From the NCBI GenBank assembly GCA_012103505.1, contig WLWP01000003.1, forward strand, positions 19,767-83,766: a DNA stretch of 64,000 bases. Reading direction: 5' to 3'. This document shows positions 49,404-59,299 of the stretch, in pieces. Under the pieces are notes generated by a model. It was not told the origin of the DNA and searched no databases. It saw nothing but the letters and a program-made list of their open reading frames with translations. Positions within the stretch are counted from its first letter, which is position 1; each line of letters opens with the position of its first letter. The stretch comes from Pseudomonadales bacterium. Its GTDB lineage: Bacteria > Pseudomonadota > Gammaproteobacteria > Pseudomonadales > Azotimanducaceae. Both the position numbers and the translations under genes were made by a program.

Positions 49404-49667
49404 ATGAATACCGCAACAAGTATTTGGGCAATATGGCGACTTGCTTTGAACGAGAGCCGCCCATTGAATTTGGTAGTTGGGTTGAACGCTTGGTTGTTGA
49501 TGATTTTTGTTGTCGCATATTTCCTAGCCGATGTAGAGGAAGTTCGCTACGTGTTGTTCGCGACAACCACCTTGTTTGCGTTTCACATTGTGCTATACGT
49601 TCCGTATTTTTTCTATGCGCGCCGCCTATTGATAGATAAACGTGAGGAAGAAGACACCGGTCTGTGA
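49404..49667 (+). CDS. small membrane protein (2 TM)
   Basis: 87 aa, GGAAGG RBS. Confidence 0.65.
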   Translation: MNTATSIWAIWRLALNESRPLNLVVGLNAWLLMIFVVAYFLADVEEVRYVLFATTTLFAFHIVLYVPYFFYARRLLIDKREEEDTGL

Positions 49668-49786
49668 CTGTTGATACATGATTTGCATTGCTATTGGTTG
49701 GATTGGCTTTGGTACTGAGCCGCGAGAAAGTGGATGGGAATGCGAAAACCCGCACGGTAACAACCGACCGAACGAGATCACCCGTT

Positions 49787-49802
49787 GCGCCCCTTATTCT
49801 TA
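49787..49802 (+). promoter_or_regulatory. recurrent motif (putative promoter)
   Basis: GCGCCCCTTATTCTTA, 32 nt before in-frame TTG 49834 with GAGGAG RBS. Confidence 0.6.
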
Positions 49803-49833
49803 GGAGTGTGTATAAGTGAAGAGGAGCGTTCCG

Positions 49834-50136
49834 TTGAGTGATCAATCGACACAAGAAAACGTGCGACGCAGCGGGTGGGTTTCACCTACGACAGCTCCAT
49901 ATATGCTTATTGCAATTGCCGTTTTGCTGCGCTTCAGCCCTGTGGCTATTCTAGGGCTCTTAGGGCAGCAAAGCGTCTACCGTCCGACGGTACAAAGCTG
50001 GGTTGATTTTGTAGGGTCTCCACTTGTGAACATAGCGCTCGCAACATACGTAATGGGGTGTGTTGGTTTGGCAATCCTTACGAAGCGCAGTCAGCCGGAT
50101 CTTTCTAAGTGGCCCATCAAACCCGAGCAAGACTAG
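49834..50136 (+). CDS. small membrane protein (2 TM)
   Basis: Hydrophobic ORF; alternative start 49816. Confidence 0.6.
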   Translation: MSDQSTQENVRRSGWVSPTTAPYMLIAIAVLLRFSPVAILGLLGQQSVYRPTVQSWVDFVGSPLVNIALATYVMGCVGLAILTKRSQPDLSKWPIKPEQD

Positions 50137-50259
50137 ACTAGTGAAATTGCTGCGAAAGGACCGCAGAGCCAGCCGGTAGGTAAAGATGGGCGGGTGTCCA
50201 GGCCCCGCGGATGGGGGTTGTTTGAATGTTATGCGGAAAGACCAGTGCGAGGAGTAAAC

Positions 50260-50697
50260 ATGAATCTTAGCGTATCAGAGCACCCTTGGATCGTTGCGTG
50301 GTACGTCTTGGTTTCTGTGGTGGTGTTGTTGCTTTGCGCAATGCTGTTTCTTGCAGAAAAATGGCCCGCTACAGAAGATCGTTACCAGGCGATAGGAAAG
50401 ACCCAAGGCTTCGAACTTCGAACTACGGAAGTTCGAAACAAGAAAGAAACGCTAGTTCAAACCCGGTTGGGAAACTATGTTGTTTCGGGCTGGCATTTAG
50501 ACTTGATGGGTAAGGATGTCTATCTGAGGGAAAAAGACAGATATTTGTGGAATCCCGCTTCCCTGTTTCTCTGTACTAGTCAGCAAAAGCAAACCGAGCA
50601 TGGTTGTGTCTTGATTAAGGGAATTTCTGAAAATCCTGAAGAGTTGAAAAGAAGATCTAAAAGGACATTTGGAACGCGTGACGACACCTCAAGCTAA
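50260..50697 (+). CDS. membrane-anchored hypothetical protein
   Basis: GAGGAG RBS before ATG 50260, N-terminal TM. Confidence 0.7.
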   Translation: MNLSVSEHPWIVAWYVLVSVVVLLLCAMLFLAEKWPATEDRYQAIGKTQGFELRTTEVRNKKETLVQTRLGNYVVSGWHLDLMGKDVYLREKDRYLWNPASLFLCTSQQKQTEHGCVLIKGISENPEELKRRSKRTFGTRDDTSS

Positions 50698-50767
50698 AGC
50701 TGGGGATTTGAGAGCTTTTTGAACAAATAGGTTGTGCTAGGGTTTTGTAGTAATCCATAGGGAGATT

Positions 50768-51220
50768 TTGATGGCGGTATACGAAATAAGCGGAAGTAAG
50801 TTGCTTCGAGTGGCGAGAAGCGTAGAAGGTAAGCTGATTCAGCGCTATGTCAGCCTCGTTGGCCTAAACAAAACACAAGAGAAAAGCGCTAGGCGTAAGG
50901 CGAAGGAGATTGACCGGGAGTTAGCGCGAGCTCAGGCCGACGCCAAAGCCGGGCGTATTCGAGAAGCCAAAACCAGTAAGGGTCATTCAACGGGTATTCG
51001 CGGGATCTCTATCGTAAAGCGTCCTCATCCAGCCTATCGAGTCCAGGTGCAAATATCAGGTAACAGCCATGTTAGGGAATTTTCGATAAGACGGATAGGA
51101 AATGAACGTGCTTGGACTCAAGCTAAGCGTTTTCTTTCAGGACTTAGAGGTTTCAAGAGAGTACCGGCTAACTGGACCAAGAACCCGCCGTATAAGTTCA
51201 AAGGAAGGGCCGGCTCCTAA
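50768..51220 (+). CDS. basic AP2-domain-like DNA-binding protein
   Basis: STGIRGIS...YRVQV...REFSIRRIG.ERAW..A..F pattern. Confidence 0.6.
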   Translation: MMAVYEISGSKLLRVARSVEGKLIQRYVSLVGLNKTQEKSARRKAKEIDRELARAQADAKAGRIREAKTSKGHSTGIRGISIVKRPHPAYRVQVQISGNSHVREFSIRRIGNERAWTQAKRFLSGLRGFKRVPANWTKNPPYKFKGRAGS

Positions 51221-51651
51221 GCTTGAGTAGCGAGCCTGTTGAAGTGCGCGTATGGAAACCCGTTGCGGTCGTACCACGCTTCAATCGTCGACCATTGCTC
51301 GGTTGTAATCGCCATGCTGCCGTACCGATTGTGGACGTTCCACATTAACATGGTTAATTTGCAGTAACCGGCTGCTTCGATTTCCACCTCGTTTTCGAAA
51401 CCTAAAGCGCTAGTGAGCAAGTCATGTTGTTTAAATCCGCACGGATAGAGGTGACCCTCCGGCGACAGCCATCCGTGGCAGGCAAGGAGGTCTAGATCCC
51501 TTTCTGGTTGTCCGCCATCCTCTTCCAAGTTTGTTTTCGCATCCCTCATTTCTTCTGTCGCGTGAAGAGGCGAATGTTCAGGGGATCGATACGTGTTTGA
51601 TCGAGGTGCTTCATTCGCGTCGATACCGAATTGTGATCTGTGTTTTTGCAT
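51217..51651 (-). CDS. hypothetical protein (GWLSPEG..YPC...H motif)
   Basis: 144 aa, preceded by the motif. Confidence 0.7.
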   Translation of the reverse strand: MQKHRSQFGIDANEAPRSNTYRSPEHSPLHATEEMRDAKTNLEEDGGQPERDLDLLACHGWLSPEGHLYPCGFKQHDLLTSALGFENEVEIEAAGYCKLTMLMWNVHNRYGSMAITTEQWSTIEAWYDRNGFPYAHFNRLATQA

Positions 51652-51673
51652 AACCTACCGTCTTCCCTACTAC

Positions 51674-51689
51674 ATAGATTAAGAAGCAC
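51674..51689 (-). promoter_or_regulatory. recurrent motif (putative promoter)
   Basis: GTGCTTCTTAATCTAT, 23 nt before ATG 51651. Confidence 0.6.
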
Positions 51690-51765
51690 GGAGATATATG
51701 TCGTTGGATTTGTCGTAAATTGACGAAATACCTTTATGTTCTTAAAGAACAACAAAGGTCAGTTA

Positions 51766-52191
51766 ATGTCGTACGAACACTATCTCCTAAATCTGTGGGC
51801 CTGGCGCGGCGTCGTCGAACGCTATGGGTTGGCAGTCGCTGGAAGAAACAAGGCGCCCAGGGATCTCATATATTCTGTCGTTAACGATCGAGAACCTGGT
51901 TGTGATGCTGTCGAACTGCTGTGCTGTTCTTTATCTGAGTACACTTGTTTCTACGAAAAGACGCTTGAATGCCTCGTAGTCGCTCTCGTTAACGCGTACC
52001 AAGACCGTGACGAAATACAGCGTCTTTGTTTTTCGAATGGTCAGGTTTACTCTCTGCAAGCCGGTCGATGGAAACATGTGCTGTGTGGGATATCAGAAGA
52101 AGCCATCCGGCAGGTTCGGCTAGAGAGCGATCGCAACGCCTGGTTTGATGTACGGCAGTGGTCGTCCTTAGGTCACCCGGTTGCACACTAA
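51766..52191 (+). CDS. hypothetical protein
   Basis: ORF with AAGGT RBS before ATG 51766. Confidence 0.6.
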   Translation: MSYEHYLLNLWAWRGVVERYGLAVAGRNKAPRDLIYSVVNDREPGCDAVELLCCSLSEYTCFYEKTLECLVVALVNAYQDRDEIQRLCFSNGQVYSLQAGRWKHVLCGISEEAIRQVRLESDRNAWFDVRQWSSLGHPVAH

Positions 52192-52193
52192 GC

Positions 52194-53201
52194 ATGTCAA
52201 ATCAGAACGATGATAGCCCGGAATCTAAGAGTATTAAGTATGGTCGGCTGGCGATGTTGGATGGCATTGCACGCATTTCCTCAGATGTATCTAGAGACTG
52301 GAGTTCCAAGACTGCCGAACAGCGAGCTGGTCTTCGGTTTTTAATCCAACGTTGTGAGATCCTTTTTGCATTTATTCTCGACGGTAATGAGATCGAACTC
52401 AACGCGCATAAGAGAAACGTACATCTGCCTTTGGATTCGGTTGCTACGGAATCTATTTGGCTCGCGCAGAGCTTAGTGCCCGAGAAGGATGCGCTAGAAG
52501 TAGATGTGCATGAGATTGAGCCTCACCGCGTAGTTGGAGAGAGGAACCGTATAGCTAATATCGTTGCCATTTTTATTGTCCAATCCCTCCTGTTGAATAG
52601 CAGAATTGCTGTCTCGCTTGAAACACAGATTAGTGGTGGCAACGTGAATCTGGTAGTTCGGCTTCTGAATGCTGAAGGTCAACAAGGGCCCCTTGAGGAA
52701 GACTCCGAGCTTCGAAACATGATGAGCCACTATTTTTCTCTTTTGTGCGATCGCTTGGATGCGACAATCAGTCTTGGTAGTTTGAGTGTCCCATTAGAAC
52801 TAGTCGAACCCGAATCTAGCGATGGCCGTGTTCTACCTAAGTCATTCACTTTGTTGAGTTGTGCAGAAGGGGTCCACGACATTCCTGCCGATATCGAGGT
52901 GGTGTTTCCCTATTCTCCGAATGCACACAATGCTGATGTTTTGGTACTTGGTCACAAGGGAACAGATCCTCAGAGATCACGGAAAAAGACTGAGGAAAAT
53001 CTATCGCACTTATCGCGGTGGAATAACCTACCCTCGATTTTGGTTGCTGATCGTTTGGATCACGCGGAGTTATCTCTCTATCGTGGTTTGGTTTCTGCAA
53101 TTCTCGTGGAACCTGTTAGAGAGGAAGCCTGGCGTAGATATGCCGGAGCTATCTCTTCGATAGATAGACGGAAGACGAATCGACTAGCTGAAATACACTA
53201 A
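52194..53201 (+). CDS. hypothetical protein, possibly a degenerate sensor-kinase/receiver-like scaffold
   Basis: Faint resemblance only (VVGERNRIANIV; LCDRLDATISL; ILVEPV); canonical H, N and G boxes not seen. Confidence 0.5.
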   Translation: MSNQNDDSPESKSIKYGRLAMLDGIARISSDVSRDWSSKTAEQRAGLRFLIQRCEILFAFILDGNEIELNAHKRNVHLPLDSVATESIWLAQSLVPEKDALEVDVHEIEPHRVVGERNRIANIVAIFIVQSLLLNSRIAVSLETQISGGNVNLVVRLLNAEGQQGPLEEDSELRNMMSHYFSLLCDRLDATISLGSLSVPLELVEPESSDGRVLPKSFTLLSCAEGVHDIPADIEVVFPYSPNAHNADVLVLGHKGTDPQRSRKKTEENLSHLSRWNNLPSILVADRLDHAELSLYRGLVSAILVEPVREEAWRRYAGAISSIDRRKTNRLAEIH

Positions 53202-53503
53202 GGCTTTTCAGCGATCAGATCTTCTTTTCGTTTTAGTCCCATGATTGAGCCCATGTGAGCGCCAAAACCGCAGACGATGAAAAGAATCGTATCGTCGTAT
53301 TGTGTGGCGTCGATAGCCATCGATCGCACTACCAACAAAATCGGCCAGATCGTAATGGAACAAACTAGTGCACTGTGGCTGGTTGCGAACTCTAGTAAAC
53401 GGCTTCTTTGTAGGTATGAGGCAATCGATCTAGGTAGTGTTCCAATTCGGAGGCGATGCCTTGGGGAGGACCATTCAAGCATTTGTCCAGATAGTAAAAA
53501 CAA
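53198..53503 (-). CDS. small membrane protein
   Basis: 101 aa with two hydrophobic segments. Confidence 0.4.
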   Translation of the reverse strand: MFLLSGQMLEWSSPRHRLRIGTLPRSIASYLQRSRLLEFATSHSALVCSITIWPILLVVRSMAIDATQYDDTILFIVCGFGAHMGSIMGLKRKEDLIAEKP

Positions 53504-53506
53504 CGC

Positions 53507-53641
53507 TCAATGCTCCAGGTCGATGGAATGGTTCGAATGCTGCTCACGCCTCTTTTTATCATGCCAGTATCTATATCCATCTCGAAGAATCCAGATTGCG
53601 CCTAATCCGCCAACTATCCAATATGCCCATTCGGGAATCAT
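53507..53641 (-). CDS. 44-aa single-TM protein
   Basis: MIPEWAYWIVGGLGAIWILRDGYRYW...; GAGGG RBS; motif 24 nt upstream. Confidence 0.6.
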   Translation of the reverse strand: MIPEWAYWIVGGLGAIWILRDGYRYWHDKKRREQHSNHSIDLEH

Positions 53642-53664
53642 AAACTTACCCTCTGTCTTTGTGA

Positions 53665-53680
53665 TGAGAGTAAGGAGCAC
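53665..53680 (-). promoter_or_regulatory. recurrent motif (putative promoter)
   Basis: GTGCTCCTTACTCTCA. Confidence 0.65.
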
Positions 53681-53815
53681 CTGTCTTGGGCTTGGAGGTT
53701 TCCGTGGTCTTCTACGACTATAAAACCATCCTTTCTCGTGTTGATGGCAAATGCAAAACCTCAAGAGCTTCCGATACCTTTGTCGAGTTAATGTTTAGAC
53801 CGGATCCAGCAGGTT

Positions 53816-53831
53816 GAGGTCCGTAGTCTTT
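53816..53831 (+). promoter_or_regulatory. degenerate motif copy
   Basis: GAGGTCCGTAGTCTTT, 25 nt before TTG 53856. Confidence 0.5.
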
Positions 53832-53855
53832 TGTTAGGAATAGCAAAAGGACAAA

Positions 53856-54716
53856 TTGTTGGGCTACCCAGATCTCATCACCGCTTCAGTGACATCGAGG
53901 AGTTTTGCTTGGATATTTGATGTGGTTGTTTTCGCGCTTTTACTCCTTGCAGGTGCCTCCCTCATCAATGGAGGTACTGATCTGGAGGCATTTTTGCTAG
54001 CTACTAATTACTTCGAGCTAGGTGTTTTGTGCCTCTTAGCAACCGTGGTTGTTCTGATCTTTACGATTCGTTACCGGCGTACGCCGGGTATGGCAGTAAT
54101 GGATCTGCAGGTTGTTTCAGCGTCAGAAGACACGGAACTCTCTTCCAGCAAAATAGTTAGGCGCTTGTTCGCCTTTCCAATCTCTATCTTAAGCCCGATC
54201 TCCGCCTTACTTACTCACGAGCGCAAAACTGTTGGTGATTTTATAAGTGGGACGCGGGTTGTGTGGGGAGTCGGCATTGGAAAAACCCTCTGCTACGACG
54301 CTGGTGGAATATTTAGAGTCATCTTCACCAGAAGGGGACTAATAATTCTTGTCCTCTCCTTGATTTATTCCTTGTTAACTAAAGAAGACGTACCTAACTC
54401 AGAGTTGGTGTTGGATGCATTTGTCGTTGCGCTACTTGTTGCAACTGCCGGTGCCTTGTTGATCTCGGGCCTGGTAACGCGTCTAACACGGGTTCGCGTT
54501 TCAGATTTTGGGGTTCAGCAATCAGGCCTCTGGAGATGGGGCAAGGTCGTTGACTGGGAGCATGTAGAGTTTGCTCAAGTAATCCCACGGCTATTTTTAC
54601 CTTACGTAAAGGCCCATCGCAGAAAAGGTAGGGCGATTCGCATACCGATGGAGACTGGCCACAACCAATATCTAGCCGATCTTCTACATTTCAAAAATAT
54701 CCGGATCGAACAATAG
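53856..54716 (+). CDS. RDD-family membrane protein with a C-terminal extension
   Basis: AS..SRSFAWIFD, RTPGM..MDLQVV, RKTVGDFISGTRVV. Confidence 0.8.
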   Translation: MLGYPDLITASVTSRSFAWIFDVVVFALLLLAGASLINGGTDLEAFLLATNYFELGVLCLLATVVVLIFTIRYRRTPGMAVMDLQVVSASEDTELSSSKIVRRLFAFPISILSPISALLTHERKTVGDFISGTRVVWGVGIGKTLCYDAGGIFRVIFTRRGLIILVLSLIYSLLTKEDVPNSELVLDAFVVALLVATAGALLISGLVTRLTRVRVSDFGVQQSGLWRWGKVVDWEHVEFAQVIPRLFLPYVKAHRRKGRAIRIPMETGHNQYLADLLHFKNIRIEQ

Positions 54717-54723
54717 GAAAAAA

Positions 54724-55686
54724 ATGATACTCATTACACGAATAATTGTTTTGGTACTTTTACTTCAAACGAATCTAGCTTTGGCAGACGACGACCGATT
54801 CGAACTCAATCTCAACTATGTGATGCCCATCGATGAAGTGAGGTTCAACATCGCGAGTGATGTGACTGGCGCAAATTCACCTGATGTCCTATCTGAACTC
54901 GAGTGGGATGACATGCAGCTTCATCGCGCTCATATTCAGGCGAAGTATAGGGTTGTTAGCCAGTTATCAGTTTTTGCAGAGGCTGAGCTTGGTTCCTTCG
55001 AAGATGGTGATGTCCAGGATTCAGACTATGCAGGTGATGGGCGAACCAGCGAGTTTTCACGCTCCACCGCAACTGTAGATGGCAAGCACCACACCGGTGG
55101 TGCGGTCGGCCTCTCTTGGCAATTCAATGGCAAATTTGAGCTGCCGTTGTGGAAGATGCGGAATGGGAAGCGTATGGCATTTGCTTCGGACTATTCTGTC
55201 TCCCCAACCCTTGGGTATGCTCTCTCGACCCAGGAGATAAGATTTGTAGATGGTGTTCAGGTCATCCCAGATCTCGGATCGTTTCCCGGTCTCAGATCTG
55301 AATATAAAACCGAATGGAAAGGTATGTTCGCAGGGCTTAATACTCGATTTCGACTTTTAAGAGATTTGGAGTTTGTTCTTGATGCTCGCTATTTCCCGGA
55401 CAGCAATTTTAAGGGGATAGGATCGTGGAATCTAAGAGAAGATCTTCAAAACCCCACGAGTTTTACCGATACGGCAGATGCAAGTGGATATCGACTCAGA
55501 TATGGCCTCGATTGGGCGATATCCGATAACAAGAGCCTTAATCTGTCGTATTACATTGCAGACTTCGAAACGGATCCTGGTAGCGCGGAAGTTCATACGG
55601 TCTTCGGCATTAGCCTTTTTACTCGCCTAAACGAAGCGACGTGGAAAAGCCGCGGGTGGAGTGTTGGTTTCAACTGGAGATTCTAG
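54724..55686 (+). CDS. outer-membrane beta-barrel protein, omptin-like
   Basis: Signal peptide, LSELEW, QDSDY, C-terminal GFNWRF. Confidence 0.75.
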   Translation: MILITRIIVLVLLLQTNLALADDDRFELNLNYVMPIDEVRFNIASDVTGANSPDVLSELEWDDMQLHRAHIQAKYRVVSQLSVFAEAELGSFEDGDVQDSDYAGDGRTSEFSRSTATVDGKHHTGGAVGLSWQFNGKFELPLWKMRNGKRMAFASDYSVSPTLGYALSTQEIRFVDGVQVIPDLGSFPGLRSEYKTEWKGMFAGLNTRFRLLRDLEFVLDARYFPDSNFKGIGSWNLREDLQNPTSFTDTADASGYRLRYGLDWAISDNKSLNLSYYIADFETDPGSAEVHTVFGISLFTRLNEATWKSRGWSVGFNWRF

Positions 55687-55820
55687 CGAACGTAAAGCTT
55701 AACTGAATCGCGATATGTTCTCGTCACTTCAAAGCGCCGTTGGAGAAGCCGGTATCCTATCCCTTCTTTCGAACTGTAGTTTGGTTAATACTTAGCTGAG
55801 TAACTGATGGTTGGAATCCA

Positions 55821-56153
55821 GTGGTTGATGATAGTGATCCACAAACGTTTAGAGCAGGACGGTTTCTATTTGATGGGATCTCAGTTGAAAAGCTTGTTGA
55901 TAGAACTGGTTGGTCCAAAGAGCAGATAGAAGGCATTAAAAAATGGGCCGAGAGCTACGTCAGCGATCGTTTCGAAGAAGAGGGTGTGCAATTTGACCCT
56001 TCTGATGCTGACCACATTTCTAAGGCTGCAGTTTGGATGCTGTCTGAAACGGAGCGCGTTGAGTCAGAACGCCTTCTTCGCGACGCGGAAGTGCGTAAAA
56101 AGACGCATGTTGCTCTGGAAAGCAGTAGTGATCAGAACACCGCGTCAGATTAA
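55821..56153 (+). CDS. hypothetical protein
   Basis: 110-aa acidic ORF. Confidence 0.5.
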   Translation: MVDDSDPQTFRAGRFLFDGISVEKLVDRTGWSKEQIEGIKKWAESYVSDRFEEEGVQFDPSDADHISKAAVWMLSETERVESERLLRDAEVRKKTHVALESSSDQNTASD

Positions 56154-56161
56154 GTCAATCG

Positions 56162-57322
56162 TTACTGGTTGTTCGTATCCCGTAGGTATTTTGCCATTAG
56201 CGGATTAACGACCCGCCAATGATTGTCTTCATTTTGTTCGATGAGATCTTGCCTTGTGAGCATTTCCTTAGCGCTATTCCCGGTTGAAGACGCTAGACGA
56301 ATCGATTCGAGAAAAGGTCTACTAGTTGGGTGTTGAACTGTGCCGGCAAGAGCGATACCGACGAGTAACGCTCGTTGAGTTGCGCTCAAACTTGTCACTG
56401 TGCCCTGTACTACGGACAATTGTTCTGTGTAGAGGTCATTCCAAGCCGCTCGTATTGAATCCTCAGAAGGGGGAGTACTCTCTCGCCAAAGTATCGAGCA
56501 AAGTCCATTTAGCCATTGTGGGTGTCTTTCAGTGAGTTCAAAGATGTGGCTAATTTGTTCTTCGGTTAGCTCCCTGTCCCATCTAGCCTTCGCGTTTGTG
56601 TTTAGGTGTGTTCGGTAGTGGGAAGCACCGATCCTTTTTAAGGTGAGTTTTCTGCATAGGTTAAAGAGTGGTCGATCTCGATTCTCGAACATTTCTTCAA
56701 GGAGATGTCTCTCGCTTCCGGCGAATATGTACGCAACATTTGCGGATCTCTCGACAGCATGCCTGATCGCCCCTTCGAGCGAATGGTCTGCTTTTCCATA
56801 TGTTAGCTGACTCAGCTGTTGAAACTCATCTATGGCGAAGATTGCTTTGTTGTTTGTGTGCTTCGCGGCTTCCTCGAGTTTTAGTAGTGCTTCTGTGATT
56901 GTGTCCTGGGGTGATGCTAGTGGAGTTAGCTTGAGCTTTTGGCCGAAAGCACCCAGGGTAAGTTCAGGTTTGAATGACTGGAAGAGCGAAAGCAGCCAGG
57001 CTTCTGACAGGTTGTTTTCCTCACGGATCTGTACTGTGAGAGCCCCTACAGCTTCCCGGATTGCATGTTCAAGAGATTCCCCGTCGTGGACCAGGTTAAG
57101 GTCCAGCTTCTTTGTGGCCACGAAACTTCTCGAATTCCTTGGAACATCTATGAGCACTTGTTCTAGCAAGCTCGTCTTTCCCATTCGACGTCTGGACCAG
57201 ATCCATGTGTGAGTGCCCGAAAGAATGTGATCTTCTAACGCGTCCCGTTCTATTTGCCGATTGCAATGCGCTGCGCCTGTCGCGATGCCTAGGGGAAAGA
57301 GAATTTTTGTCTGATTAGCCAT
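56162..57322 (-). CDS. AAA/STAND-like ATPase with a probable C-terminal winged helix
   Basis: Walker A RRMGKTS, Walker B IDEFQ, FAGS; GAGG RBS. Confidence 0.8.
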   Translation of the reverse strand: MANQTKILFPLGIATGAAHCNRQIERDALEDHILSGTHTWIWSRRRMGKTSLLEQVLIDVPRNSRSFVATKKLDLNLVHDGESLEHAIREAVGALTVQIREENNLSEAWLLSLFQSFKPELTLGAFGQKLKLTPLASPQDTITEALLKLEEAAKHTNNKAIFAIDEFQQLSQLTYGKADHSLEGAIRHAVERSANVAYIFAGSERHLLEEMFENRDRPLFNLCRKLTLKRIGASHYRTHLNTNAKARWDRELTEEQISHIFELTERHPQWLNGLCSILWRESTPPSEDSIRAAWNDLYTEQLSVVQGTVTSLSATQRALLVGIALAGTVQHPTSRPFLESIRLASSTGNSAKEMLTRQDLIEQNEDNHWRVVNPLMAKYLRDTNNQ

Positions 57323-57556
57323 GGATACCTCGTAGATCTATAAACACCGTACCATAGATTAGCGATTCCATATATTACGATTCACTAAATATAGAACAGG
57401 CCTGGATAAAATGTAATAAATGCGTACAATTTGTTCTGTAATAGTAAGATCACACGATATTTGATTTGGATGTCTGTACTCTTACAGTAGTAGTTTAAAA
57501 GTATTGCACAGATAGGTTTTGTAGCTATAATTGCGCGCCGTTCGCATAGGGAGCCG

Positions 57557-59299
57557 TTGTTGTCGTCATCTAAGTCTCGGAGTATTTCATTCCGATTTGT
57601 CCAGAAGGAAGCAGAGTTGCCTCGGGCCATGGGTAAGGTTGACGAAACCGAGCGGTTTCGCCGTGGCGTTATGCTCGCGCTCCTAGTAGAACGGCGCTTG
57701 AACGACTCTGCGGAGCTCGCGTGGTATGACGTTGATTCCGAAGCTCAAGCCATGCCTTTGGATCTTGCTCAATATAGGGCGGAGTCTGAAGCGACGACCG
57801 ATGACAGTTTGTGCTTTAGCCTGGCTGGCGAGGGTGCGTTTGCCTTAGATGAGCTCGAGCGAAGTCCTCGCTATGCTGGTCATATTGTGCCCAAGGCGCC
57901 TTGGTATCGATTTCTTTATCGGCTCTACGCCGATGCGTGTGCAAAGCATCATAGTGGGTTAGCCCTCGTTGAGTTGAAGGATGGTCACCCCAGTCGGGAG
58001 GTTCGGCTTCCTGGCTGTCCGCATTTGCTTCTTTTTGCGAATTCTGGCGATGTCGTCGAGCAAGGATTTGCGAGTGAAGAGTTGCGTGAGTTGGTAGAAG
58101 GCTACATTGGCGACACGTCTGCGGATCCAGTTGGGTTGTTCGCTGATTTCGATGGCGAAACTCCGAATTTCGATCACACCCTATTCTTGTGTCGGGCGAT
58201 ATTGTCCACATGGACCAACAAGAGGGAGGATGTTGTTTCGTTCGTCAATAGTTCAACGTTTGAAACAGTGGTCAAGGCTGTTTGGGATGCCAGGCGAGGT
58301 GCATTTTCCGATGATGAGTTCCCGCTTGCTGCGACTGGGTATCTTCTCCAGCACCGTCTAGGGCTCTCTACAAATGATCAGATAGAGGAGGCATCAAAGC
58401 AGCTCTATCTTTTCCTCCACAAGAAGACAAAAGACGCCATTGAGCTCTATCGGGAGCCCCTAGAAGAGCGACATAGCTGCCCCGGATTGGCGAGCTATTC
58501 TTCTAGGATCACTACGAATACTCTGATGGCCACAGGTCATCCTAGAGATTTTATTCGGCTGTGGCAGTACGAGAGCTTGGATTGTAGGGCAGCTTGGTGG
58601 GTCGAGCGGGAGGCGAGACGCCTTTTCGTCGAAGAGCATAGCCAGGAAGACACCCCCATGATCAATATGGCGTTCCGCCTGTTATCTAGAGTTGCTGAGA
58701 ATGTTTCGGATCGGAAGATCGCTTTTGACACTCTGAACGATCTTGATTTGGCTAATCAAGCGAAGAGTCAGTTCAAGTCGGGGTCGTTTTCCTCGATAGT
58801 CGGCGTGCGGGGTCTAATGAGCTTGCTCGAAGATCTTGACGAAATCGATGACAAAGGGTGGGTCGAGCACCCCAGGAGCGCGTGGCTAACTGGCCGTGAT
58901 CAGACTGTGCGGTGTTGTGTGATTGGTGCGCAGCTTCGGAATCGATTGGACGGTAATCCCCTGACGTTCTCTTACGCAGCATATGATCTACACGACGGCG
59001 TCGCTCAAATGTGTTGGTCCCATGCAGGGCAGTTGTTTGAAGACCGCAGTATGGCTCGCAATCTCGTCGATGAGCTTATCGAGCAGAGAGATATGGGGTT
59101 AGCTGATGATCATAATCGTCAACGGTTTATAGGTCAGGGGCTGAAAGTGAATCTCGATGATGGATGTCTGGTGGCAGCTCATACCGTCAGGCGTGCGTTT
59201 ACGTTGGAGATTCGGGGCGCTGACCGAAATCGAGTCGACCGTGTGATGCGGCGTATTTTGATGGCTGCTGATATTACCGCCCATTCTGTAAGCGCGTAA
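57557..59299 (+). CDS. hypothetical protein
   Basis: 580-aa ORF; start may be ATG 57629. Confidence 0.75.
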   Translation: MLSSSKSRSISFRFVQKEAELPRAMGKVDETERFRRGVMLALLVERRLNDSAELAWYDVDSEAQAMPLDLAQYRAESEATTDDSLCFSLAGEGAFALDELERSPRYAGHIVPKAPWYRFLYRLYADACAKHHSGLALVELKDGHPSREVRLPGCPHLLLFANSGDVVEQGFASEELRELVEGYIGDTSADPVGLFADFDGETPNFDHTLFLCRAILSTWTNKREDVVSFVNSSTFETVVKAVWDARRGAFSDDEFPLAATGYLLQHRLGLSTNDQIEEASKQLYLFLHKKTKDAIELYREPLEERHSCPGLASYSSRITTNTLMATGHPRDFIRLWQYESLDCRAAWWVEREARRLFVEEHSQEDTPMINMAFRLLSRVAENVSDRKIAFDTLNDLDLANQAKSQFKSGSFSSIVGVRGLMSLLEDLDEIDDKGWVEHPRSAWLTGRDQTVRCCVIGAQLRNRLDGNPLTFSYAAYDLHDGVAQMCWSHAGQLFEDRSMARNLVDELIEQRDMGLADDHNRQRFIGQGLKVNLDDGCLVAAHTVRRAFTLEIRGADRNRVDRVMRRILMAADITAHSVSA

